Positions 56,282 through 64,000 of a stretch of DNA of 64,000 nucleotides are shown here, one piece after another. Source of the stretch: Myxococcales bacterium (GTDB lineage Bacteria; Myxococcota_A; UBA9042; JABWCM01; BTVJ01); assembly GCA_045863395.1 (NCBI GenBank), contig BTVJ01000007.1, positions 1-64,000 of the forward strand, in the 5' to 3' direction. The notes under the pieces were generated by a model. It ran no database searches. It was given only the letters and a program-made list of their open reading frames with translations, and was not told where the DNA came from. The first letter of the stretch is position 1; each line of letters starts with the position of its first letter. The position numbers and the translations under genes are program-made.

Positions 56282-59049
56282 TGGAGCCCCGCATGATCCG
56301 ACCGGCTGTGGCCCTGCTGCTCTTCGCCCTGACTCCTGCCCTGGCCGCCGACGGCACCGACGCCGCCCGGATGGCGGCCCGGCGCCAGCAGATGCTCTCG
56401 GACCTGGCGGCGCTGCGCTTCGAGCGCCTGGGGGACCCGGTGCTTCGCTGGGACCACGTGCCTCCGGTGGAGGCTCCCCGGGAGCAACCCCACGAGCTGC
56501 TCGTCGTCCTCGTGGAGTTCGCGGACGTCCGGTTCGACCGGTTTGCCGGCGAGGCAGATCAGGGGGCGCGGCTGGCGACGTTCTACCAGGAGCTGCTCTT
56601 CGATCCCGACTACAAGCGTCCGGGATCCCTCAGCCACTACTATCTGAACCAGAGCCTCGGGCGGTACCACCTGCAGGGCAAGGTGCTGCCGCCCGTTCGG
56701 CTGTCGAAGGGCCGCGCCGCCTACGGGGCGCCACTGAAGCCGGAGGGAGGCACCTGGCGCAACGACACGGACTCCGAGGGCATGGTGGAGGAGGCGCTGA
56801 TCACCATGGCCGCCGCCCACGCGGGGGAGGACTGGGGGCCCTTCGACCGCTGGGATCCGAACGACTACGACGGGGACGGGGTGCTCGCCGAGCGGGACGG
56901 GTACCTGGACCACTTCGTGCTGGTGTTCGCGGGGGGCGGGCAGTCCTCGTGCCAGCGGCTCTTCAAGCTCGACGACGTGTTCGCGCCGGATGCTGCCGCG
57001 GGGGTCGCCGAGACGCTTCCGGCCGAGGCGCGTGCGTGCGCCGAGCGCATGTGGCCCCACAGGTTCATGGTCCAGCGGCGCACGGGGGAGGGGCCCGTCG
57101 TCGAGGGGCGCAGGAACGCGCGCGGCGGCGTTCCGCTCGGAGGGGGGCTCTGGGCCCGCGACTACAACATGCAGAGCGAGTACACGGACGAGTCCACGTT
57201 CATCCACGAGTTCGGGCACTCCATCGGGCTGCCGGACATCTACGCGAGGACCAGCCAGAACTCCACCGGGGCCTGGGAGGTGATGTCGGGGACGGCGAGC
57301 CCCCTGCCGCAGAGCCTGAGCGCGTGGTCGCGCATGATGCTGGGGTGGCTGCGCCCCGCGGTCGTCACGCCGCCCGAGATGGGCGGGAAGGGCGTGCAGT
57401 CGGCATACCTCGGGGTGCTGGACGACCCGCCCGGGGGGGAGGCGGCGCGGGCGGTGATGGTGGTGCTGCCGCCCAAGACCGTCCACGTCGATCTCGGCGG
57501 GCTGCCTGCGTCCGGCGGGTCGCGCGCGCTCTACAGCGGGCAGGGAAACGAGCTGGACCGGGCCATGGAGCTGCGCCTCGACCTGCGCGGTGCCGGGGCG
57601 CCCGTGGCGCTGGACTTCGACGCCTGGTGGGACATCGAGGGTGGGTGGGACTTCGCCTACGTGGAGAGCAGCGTCGATGGGGGGCGCTCGTGGAAGCGGC
57701 ACGTGACGGAGGACCGGCGGCTGATGCCGGCGAAGCACGGGCACGACGGGGCGGGGTCCCTGCCCGGGTTCACGGGGCTGTCCGGTGACATGGACGGCGA
57801 CGGCAAGAACGAGCGGCAGAAGGGCTGCGACCCCAAGAAGGCCGTGGCGCACGGCGAGGACGCCGCGGGGCAGGGGAAGGACCCGTGCGCCGAGCCGAGC
57901 TGGGTGAAAGCGCGAGTGCTGCTCACGGAGCTGGCGGGCCACGAGGCGCGGGTGCGGCTGCGCTACTTCACGGACATGGCCGCCGTGCAGCGCGGCATCA
58001 TGGTGGACAACCTGCGGGTGACGGCCGGGGAGGGGAAGGCGGCGAAGACCGTGCTCACGGAGGACCTCGAGGGGGAGGCGCTCGGCATACGGCCCGGGCC
58101 GTTCTCGCTGAGCGCCGGGCGGCACACGCTGCTCGTGCCCCACTACTACGTGCTGGAGCTGCGCGACCCCTACGCGCCGGTGCCCGAAGGGGAGCACCGC
58201 TACGACGCAGCGCTGGCGGAGCCCAACTTCGCGTTCTTCGCCGAGCCGGGGGGCGCGGTGAAGGCGCTCAGCGTGCGGTCGCGGCCCGGGGTCCTCGCCT
58301 GGTACTACGACGGGGAGCTGGCGTGGAGCGAGAACGACCCGGCGACGGCGGGGCAGGGCCGGGGCTTCCTGCTGGCGGTGGATGGGTGGCCCGAGGAGGT
58401 GGCGGTGCCTGGGTGGGATCGTTGGCTGACTGGGACCATGGGGCGCTTCGACACCGGCTACGACGTCTCGGAGGCGGCGGCGCAGGAGGCGCTGAAGGCG
58501 GCGTACCTGCGTACCCAGTGCTTCGTGCGGAGCGCCGCGTACCGGCCACGGGATCTCGGGGACCTTGTGACCGGCGCGTGCGCCGGGGAGCGGGGCGAGG
58601 TGGAGGCGCTGGTCGCGCCGACCGGCAAGCCCTTCCTCTACAGCTACGAGGCCATGAACCAGCTCCTCCCCGGGCCGGAGCGGGAGAAGTACGAGCGCGC
58701 GTCCGAGCTGCTCGACTACCGGGTGCGGGCCGGGGCCGTGACGTGGCGCATGCGCGACGTGAGCCTCCGCTTCGCCCACGCCACGGACGCGCCGTTCTCG
58801 CTCCTGCCCTTCGAGGACCACGTGCGGATCTACGGCGTCGAGGGCGGGCGCCTCGTGGAGCTCGAGCGCCGCGCGGCGCCTGCGGTGTCTCGCTTCGAGA
58901 ACGCGCCGGCGAGCCGGTGGAAGAACCCCAAGCTGTTCTTCGGCGGCGTGGCCGTCCCTCCCGTGCCGCTCGCCTTCGAGCTGACCGAGCCTGCGCCGGG
59001 CGCCCCGGAGGGGGCGCGGGTCAAGGTGTACGTGGACTGGAACCCATAG
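56281..59049 (+). CDS. Secreted M6-family metalloprotease (immune inhibitor A-like)
   Basis: Signal peptide, LVVLVEFAD, DYDGDG...DGYLDH, HEFGHSIGLPDIY, WEVM, WWDIEGGWDFAYVE. Confidence 0.9.
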   Translation: MEPRMIRPAVALLLFALTPALAADGTDAARMAARRQQMLSDLAALRFERLGDPVLRWDHVPPVEAPREQPHELLVVLVEFADVRFDRFAGEADQGARLATFYQELLFDPDYKRPGSLSHYYLNQSLGRYHLQGKVLPPVRLSKGRAAYGAPLKPEGGTWRNDTDSEGMVEEALITMAAAHAGEDWGPFDRWDPNDYDGDGVLAERDGYLDHFVLVFAGGGQSSCQRLFKLDDVFAPDAAAGVAETLPAEARACAERMWPHRFMVQRRTGEGPVVEGRRNARGGVPLGGGLWARDYNMQSEYTDESTFIHEFGHSIGLPDIYARTSQNSTGAWEVMSGTASPLPQSLSAWSRMMLGWLRPAVVTPPEMGGKGVQSAYLGVLDDPPGGEAARAVMVVLPPKTVHVDLGGLPASGGSRALYSGQGNELDRAMELRLDLRGAGAPVALDFDAWWDIEGGWDFAYVESSVDGGRSWKRHVTEDRRLMPAKHGHDGAGSLPGFTGLSGDMDGDGKNERQKGCDPKKAVAHGEDAAGQGKDPCAEPSWVKARVLLTELAGHEARVRLRYFTDMAAVQRGIMVDNLRVTAGEGKAAKTVLTEDLEGEALGIRPGPFSLSAGRHTLLVPHYYVLELRDPYAPVPEGEHRYDAALAEPNFAFFAEPGGAVKALSVRSRPGVLAWYYDGELAWSENDPATAGQGRGFLLAVDGWPEEVAVPGWDRWLTGTMGRFDTGYDVSEAAAQEALKAAYLRTQCFVRSAAYRPRDLGDLVTGACAGERGEVEALVAPTGKPFLYSYEAMNQLLPGPEREKYERASELLDYRVRAGAVTWRMRDVSLRFAHATDAPFSLLPFEDHVRIYGVEGGRLVELERRAAPAVSRFENAPASRWKNPKLFFGGVAVPPVPLAFELTEPAPGAPEGARVKVYVDWNP

Positions 59050-59216
59050 GGCCGGTGCAGCCACGATGCCCCTGCTGCGCGCATGCCCCCGCGCTCGCGA
59101 CGGGGCCCCGAGGCTGTGTCCTCCGGCCGGCGTGGAACCGGACCGCGCAAGTCCGTAAACTTGCGAGGGTCCGTGCGTGGGGCCATACTCGGCGCCGCCC
59201 GGACCCGGAGGAGTCG

Positions 59217-59903
59217 ATGTCCCGTTCGCTGGAGCCGCAGGTGTTCGAGGGGGTGCCGGTCTTTCCCCTGCCAGAGTACGTGCTGTTCCCCCACACCCTG
59301 ATCCCCTTTCACATCTTCGAGCCACGCTACCGGCAGCTCGTGTCGGACGTGCTGGCCGGGCAGCGGCTCATCGTGGTGGCGGGGCTGCAAGCCGGCTGGG
59401 AGTCGGACTACTTCGCCTTGCCCCCGGTGCATGCGGTCGCCGGCCTGGGCAAGGTCGTCAACGAGGAGCGCCTCGAGGACGGGCGCTTCAACATCTTCGT
59501 GCACTGCCTCCACCGGGTCCGCATCCTGGAGACGACGCAGATGTCACCGTACCGGATCGCACGGGTGGAGGAGATCCCCGACTTTGCCGCCGGGTATGAC
59601 GCGGCGCTCCTCACGGAGGCGGTGGGTCGGTTGCGCGCCTGCGTGCTCGGGTTGGCTGGGAGCCTCCCCGAGGAGGCCCCCTCCTTGGGGAAGGTGCTGA
59701 CCTCCACGGACGACGCCGCCGTTCTCACGAATCGCCTCGCCGCCCTGATGGTGACGGACGCCGGGGCGCGCCAGGCCCTGCTCGAGGAGCGCTGCCCGCT
59801 CAAGCGCGCCGAGCGCCTCACGGCGCTCATCGCCGAGCGCATGTTCGAGGGCGTAGGGCAGGCTCCCGACGACGCGGACCCCGGTCAGGGATGGATGAAC
59901 TGA
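59217..59903 (+). CDS. Stand-alone LON peptidase substrate-binding (N-terminal) domain protein
   Basis: VPVFPLPEYVLFP..IPFHIFEPRYRQLV, DGRFNI; GGAGGAG RBS. Confidence 0.88.
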   Translation: MSRSLEPQVFEGVPVFPLPEYVLFPHTLIPFHIFEPRYRQLVSDVLAGQRLIVVAGLQAGWESDYFALPPVHAVAGLGKVVNEERLEDGRFNIFVHCLHRVRILETTQMSPYRIARVEEIPDFAAGYDAALLTEAVGRLRACVLGLAGSLPEEAPSLGKVLTSTDDAAVLTNRLAALMVTDAGARQALLEERCPLKRAERLTALIAERMFEGVGQAPDDADPGQGWMN

Positions 59904-60886
59904 CCGGGCCCGGTGGGGGCCCCCTGCTCGACGTGCGCGGGCTCACCACACTGCTGCATCTCCCCGGTGGCTCCCCCGCGGTGGTCGACGCCATCGACCT
60001 GCGGGTGGAGCGCGGCGAGACCCTGTGCCTCGTCGGAGAGAGCGGCTGCGGCAAGAGCATGGCGGCCCTGTCCATTCTGAGGCTCGTGCCTGACCCGCCC
60101 GCGGAGATCGCGGCAGGGCGCGTGCTCTTCGACGGGCGCGACCTTCTCGCGCTGTCTCCCCGTGAGCTGCGGGCCGTCCGGGGGCGACGCGTCGCCATGG
60201 TGTTCCAGGAGCCTTCCGCCGCGCTGAACCCCGTCCACACCGTCGGCGCCCAGGTGGGGGAGGTGCTGCGTGTCCACCTGGGGTGGTCGCGGGCGAGGGT
60301 GCAGGGCGAGGTCGTGGAGCTGCTGCGGAGGGTGGGTATCCCGGACCCGGAGCAGCGCATGCGCGCGTGGCCGCACCAGCTCTCGGGGGGCATGAAGCAG
60401 CGCGTGGTCATCGCCATGGCCATGGCCTGCGGGCCAGACCTGCTGATCGCCGACGAGCCGACCACCGCGCTCGATGTGACCGTGCAGGCGCAGGTCCTGC
60501 GCCTCATGAAGCGCCTCCAGCAGGAGAGCGGCATGGGGCTCTTGCTGATCACCCACGACTTCGGTCTCGTGGCGGAGGTGGCCGACCGGGTGGCGGTGAT
60601 GTACGCGGGGCGCATCGTCGAGGCCGGGCCGGTGGCGGACCTGTTCCGTACGCCCCGGCACCCGTACACGCGCCTCCTCATGGCGTCGAGGCCGGCGGCG
60701 GCCCCGCCCGGGGAGCGCCGGCTGCCGTCCATCCCTGGTGCGGTGCCGCCCTTGCTTGGTCGGGCGACGGGGTGTGCCTTCGCTCCCCGGTGTCCTCGGG
60801 CCTCGGGGCAGTGTGCGGCGGCGCCGGCGTTGGTCGGCGTCGGGCACGCCGTCGCCTGTCACCACCCGGAGGGGGCCCATGGCTGA
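59891..60886 (+). CDS. Oligo/dipeptide ABC transporter ATPase (OppD/DppD-like)
   Basis: GESGCGKS, PHQLSGGMKQR, IADEPTTALD, C-terminal GCAFAPRC. Confidence 0.92.
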   Translation: MDELTGPGGGPLLDVRGLTTLLHLPGGSPAVVDAIDLRVERGETLCLVGESGCGKSMAALSILRLVPDPPAEIAAGRVLFDGRDLLALSPRELRAVRGRRVAMVFQEPSAALNPVHTVGAQVGEVLRVHLGWSRARVQGEVVELLRRVGIPDPEQRMRAWPHQLSGGMKQRVVIAMAMACGPDLLIADEPTTALDVTVQAQVLRLMKRLQQESGMGLLLITHDFGLVAEVADRVAVMYAGRIVEAGPVADLFRTPRHPYTRLLMASRPAAAPPGERRLPSIPGAVPPLLGRATGCAFAPRCPRASGQCAAAPALVGVGHAVACHHPEGAHG

Positions 60887-61841
60887 GCTGGCAGTCGCGC
60901 GCGGGCTGACGCGGCACTATGCGGTGGGCTCCGGGCTCGTGCGGGGCCGCGGCGTCGTGCGCGCGCTCGAGGACGTGAGCTTCGAGGTGCGCGAGGGCGA
61001 GATCCTGGGCGTGGTGGGGGAGAGCGGCTGCGGGAAGTCCACGCTGGGGCGCTGTCTGCTGCGGCTGGAGGTCCCGACGGCGGGGGCGGTGAGTGTTGCG
61101 GGCATGGACCTGGCGGCGCTGCGTGGGCGCCGGGAGGTGCTGGCGCTCCGCCGCGCGGCCCAGATGATCTTCCAGGACCCGTACGGCAGCTTGAACCCAC
61201 GCCTTCGAGTGGGCTCCATCGTCGGCGAGGGGCTGGCCATCCACGGGATAGGAGGGCGGTCGGAGCGGCCGGAGCGGGTTGGGGCCCTGCTCCGCCAGGT
61301 GGGTCTCGCACCGGATGATGCCCGCAAGTTCCCGCACGAGCTGTCCGGCGGGCAGCGGCAGCGGGTGGCCATCGCGCGGGCGCTCTCGGTGGGGCCGCGC
61401 TTCGTGGTGGCGGACGAGCCCGTCAGCGCCCTCGACCCGAGCGTCCAGGCCCAGGTGGTCAACCTGCTCCTGGACCTTCAGGAGCAGCACGGGCTCACCT
61501 ACCTGCTCGTGTCCCACGACCTTGGGCTCGTGGGTCGTATCGCCGACCGGGTGCTGGTGCTTTACTTGGGGCGCATCGTGGAGCAGGGCGTCGCTGCCGA
61601 GGTGCTGGCTGCGCCGCTTCATCCTTATGCTCGCGCCCTGGTGGATGCGGCGCCGGTGGGGGATCCTGCGCTGCGCCGGGCGCGGGTGGTGGTGGAGGGG
61701 GAGCCGCCGAGCCCGCTGGATCCGCCCCCGGGGTGCGCCTACCACCCCAGGTGCCCCCTGGTGATCGGGCGATGCCGGGAGGAGCGCCCCCCGCTGCGTG
61801 GGACGGACCGGCAGGTGGCGTGCTGGGTGACCGGTGGGTAG
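60879..61841 (+). CDS. Oligo/dipeptide ABC transporter ATPase (OppF/DppF-like)
   Basis: GESGCGKST, FQDPYGSLNPR, PHELSGGQRQR, ADEPVSALD, GCAYHPRC. Confidence 0.92.
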   Translation: MAELAVARGLTRHYAVGSGLVRGRGVVRALEDVSFEVREGEILGVVGESGCGKSTLGRCLLRLEVPTAGAVSVAGMDLAALRGRREVLALRRAAQMIFQDPYGSLNPRLRVGSIVGEGLAIHGIGGRSERPERVGALLRQVGLAPDDARKFPHELSGGQRQRVAIARALSVGPRFVVADEPVSALDPSVQAQVVNLLLDLQEQHGLTYLLVSHDLGLVGRIADRVLVLYLGRIVEQGVAAEVLAAPLHPYARALVDAAPVGDPALRRARVVVEGEPPSPLDPPPGCAYHPRCPLVIGRCREERPPLRGTDRQVACWVTGG

Positions 61842-63156
61842 GGGGCCGTGGGGCTTCCACGGAGGGGCCGCCGCGCTTGCCGCGCTGTGGGTGGTGGTGC
61901 TGCTCCCGGCCCTGCGGCTGATGCCCGGAGACGAGGGGGTCTACGTCTACGACGCTCGCAGGGTGCTGGAGGGTGCCCTCCCCTACCGCGACTTCTTCTT
62001 CGCCCACCCCCCACTGCGCCTGCTCCTCGGGGCCCTGGGGTGGGTGGGCGGCGCCACCGGGGCCAAGGCGTGGGCGGCCATCGGGACGGTGGCTGCCGCG
62101 TGGATGGCCGGTGCCGTGGTGCGGCGCGAGGCGGGGAAGGGGTGGGGGCTGCTGACGGTGGGGCTGGTCCTCGGGTCCATGCTGTCGCTGCGCACGGGAA
62201 CGCAGCTCCTCGGGTCCAACCTCGCCATGGCCTTCGTGGCGGGCTCCATGCTTGCGGCCGCGCGGGGGCGATGTGGGCTCGCAGGGGTGGTGCTGGGCCT
62301 CGGTGCGCTCCAGGCGCTGTACGTGTTGCTGGCGCTGCCGGGGCTGGCGCTGTGGTCTTGGGAGCGGAGGGGACGGTTCCTTGCGGGGCTCGCGGCGGGT
62401 CTCGTGCCCTTGGGGGGGTGCGCGGTGCTGTTCGGGGGACCCTTCGTGGAGCAGGTGCTCCTCTACCACCTGCGCAAGGTGGGGGCGACCGGGCTCGCGA
62501 GCGAGGGGGAGCCGCTGCTGGCGTTCGCGGTGGGGGACGTGGGGCTCCTCGCGTTTGGGCTTGCGGGGCTGAGCGCGGCGGGTGCGGGGCGCCTGGCCGC
62601 GGCGACGGGCTTCGTCGCGGCGGCCGTGGTCACGGCCTACCGCAGCCCCGAGGTCTACTACTTCGCGCCGGCGCTGCCGCCGTTGGCGGTGGCCTCCGCG
62701 CTGGGTCTCCGTCACCTCGCGGGACGCCTTCCGCCCCTGGCGGGGCGGGCAGTGGTCGTGGGTGCGGTGGCGCTGACCTACGTGCCTCATGCTCTGCACG
62801 TGCCGGAGCTCCGCGCGGAGCTGCGCGTCATGCGCGCAGATCTTGATCGCGTGATCGGCGCGGCCACAGGAGGCGTGGTGTGGGGCGACATGTTCATCGC
62901 TCCGTGGCTCGCGGCGGAGACGGGGCGGCGTGTGGCAGCGGACGAGGTGGACACCTCGGTCAAGCGCCTGCTCACGGGTATGGCAGAGCCCGGCGAGCTG
63001 GCAGAGCGCGCCCTCGCCGAGGCGGACGTGGTGGTCCTCGGTGCCAGCGGGCTGCTCGCCTTCCCCGAGGTCGCGGAGCAGCTCCGAGCGTGGCCTGCCC
63101 CGGCGCGCCTGGACCTGGCGGTGCTGCCGCCCCTGCTCGTGTGGCGCAGGAATTGA
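61834..63156 (+). CDS. Polytopic membrane protein, GT-C/ArnT-like glycosyltransferase candidate
   Basis: DEGVY..A..V..G.LPYRDFFFAHPP after TM1; many TM segments. Confidence 0.7.
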   Translation: MGRGPWGFHGGAAALAALWVVVLLPALRLMPGDEGVYVYDARRVLEGALPYRDFFFAHPPLRLLLGALGWVGGATGAKAWAAIGTVAAAWMAGAVVRREAGKGWGLLTVGLVLGSMLSLRTGTQLLGSNLAMAFVAGSMLAAARGRCGLAGVVLGLGALQALYVLLALPGLALWSWERRGRFLAGLAAGLVPLGGCAVLFGGPFVEQVLLYHLRKVGATGLASEGEPLLAFAVGDVGLLAFGLAGLSAAGAGRLAAATGFVAAAVVTAYRSPEVYYFAPALPPLAVASALGLRHLAGRLPPLAGRAVVVGAVALTYVPHALHVPELRAELRVMRADLDRVIGAATGGVVWGDMFIAPWLAAETGRRVAADEVDTSVKRLLTGMAEPGELAERALAEADVVVLGASGLLAFPEVAEQLRAWPAPARLDLAVLPPLLVWRRN

Positions 63157-63226
63157 GGGGGTCAAGTATACTCACTTCTCATATCCTGGCGCGCCAAGAT
63201 ATGTGAAGTGAGTATACTTGACCCCC
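63157..63226. repeat. 70-bp near-perfect palindrome (35-bp arms, 2 mismatches), MITE/REP-like
   Basis: GGGGGTCAAGTATACTCACTTCTCATATCCTGGCG|CGCCAAGATATGTGAAGTGAGTATACTTGACCCCC; 35/70 GC; AATT close to both sides. Confidence 0.9.
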
Positions 63227-63243
63227 CAATTGGGAGGCCGTAC

Positions 63244-64000
63244 TTGGCACGTTGCTTCGGATCTGCTCGGCTCGGCGGCCTCTTGCTGCGCAACCGGCTC
63301 ATCAAGGCGGCCACGTTCGAGGGGATGACTCCCGGTGGTGTCCCCTCCGAGGCGTTGCGCGACCTGCACGTGCGCCTTGCTCGCGGCGGGGTCGCCATGA
63401 CGACCCTTGCGTACTGTGCGGTGGAGCCCGACGGGCGCCTCCACGAGGATACCCTGCTGGTCTGCGACGAGGTGCTCCCCGCGCTGGTCGACCTCGTCGA
63501 TGCCGTGCACCGGGAGGGGGGCCTCGTGTCGGCGCAGATGGCGCACGGTGGGGGCTTCAGCAAGAACCGAGGGCTCCGAGGGAGGCGCCCCAAGGGCCCC
63601 AGCTTCGGGATCAACCGACTTGGGGCCGCCGTGGGGATGCCCTTCTGTGACGCAATGAGTGAGGCGGACCTTGAGGCGCTCGTGGGTGCCTACCGCGACG
63701 CGGCGCTGCTCCTCACGTCAGCCGGCGTGGACGCCTTGGAGATCCACATGGGGCATGGCTACGCCCTGTGTCAGTTCATCAGCCCGCGGACCAACCGGCG
63801 CACCGACCGCTTCGGTGGGAGCCTCCTCAACCGGATGCGGCTGCCGCTTCAGGTCCTTGACGCGGTGCGCGGGGTGGTGGGCGCCGACGTACCCGTCGTT
63901 GCAAAGTTGAGCGTCAACGAGCACATCCGGGGAGGGCTCGCCGCCGATGAGGGCGTCGAGGTGGCCCGCATGCTCGACCAGGCCGGCATCGACGGCGTGG
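63244..64000 (+). CDS. NADH:flavin oxidoreductase (Old Yellow Enzyme family), runs off the window end
   Basis: TTG start 6 nt after GGGAGG; LRNRLIKAATFEGM, QMAHGG, LEIHMGHGY..CQFISPRTNRRTDRFGGSL.NRMR; absent from the ORF track because no stop occurs before the window end. Confidence 0.88.
   Translation, partial: MARCFGSARLGGLLLRNRLIKAATFEGMTPGGVPSEALRDLHVRLARGGVAMTTLAYCAVEPDGRLHEDTLLVCDEVLPALVDLVDAVHREGGLVSAQMAHGGGFSKNRGLRGRRPKGPSFGINRLGAAVGMPFCDAMSEADLEALVGAYRDAALLLTSAGVDALEIHMGHGYALCQFISPRTNRRTDRFGGSLLNRMRLPLQVLDAVRGVVGADVPVVAKLSVNEHIRGGLAADEGVEVARMLDQAGIDGV

Noticed and set aside
56179..59325. 1048-aa ORF antisense to the M6 protease
   Set aside because: Shadow ORF

Overview
High-GC (about 70% by eye) bacterial chromosomal window. 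Gene content and order (split nuoEF-JKLMN, PrkA, sigma-r4-like protein, M6 protease, tRNA-Leu-tig-clpP-clpX-lon) suggest a Myxococcota/deltaproteobacterial-type organism (inference). Most of the window is housekeeping: trpEGDCF, a moaD-moaE fusion, tig-clpP-clpX-lon, five tRNAs, nuo genes, groES-groEL and oppD/F-type ATPases. The standout is a ~12.4 kb defence-like island (3300-15638). It holds a type III-D-like CRISPR effector operon: HD-less Cas10 with intact GGDD, a Csx10-like Cas7-Cas5 fusion, three more RAMPs, two different small helical subunits and a CARF-HEPN effector. No array, cas6, cas1 or cas2 is present in the window. The operon's 3' end overlaps head-on with a ~1276-aa soluble Ser/Thr kinase carrying a second, degenerate kinase-like domain. 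Other notable items are a class-III aminotransferase translationally coupled to a single-chain LuxE-LuxC fusion (possible acid-to-aldehyde-to-amine pathway), NuoM/NuoN with extra segments, a secreted Cys-rich-repeat/Tudor-like protein and a 70-bp low-GC palindromic insert at 63157-63226. All calls come from reading motifs by eye; no searches were run, and start codons were chosen from RBS and gene-coupling logic.
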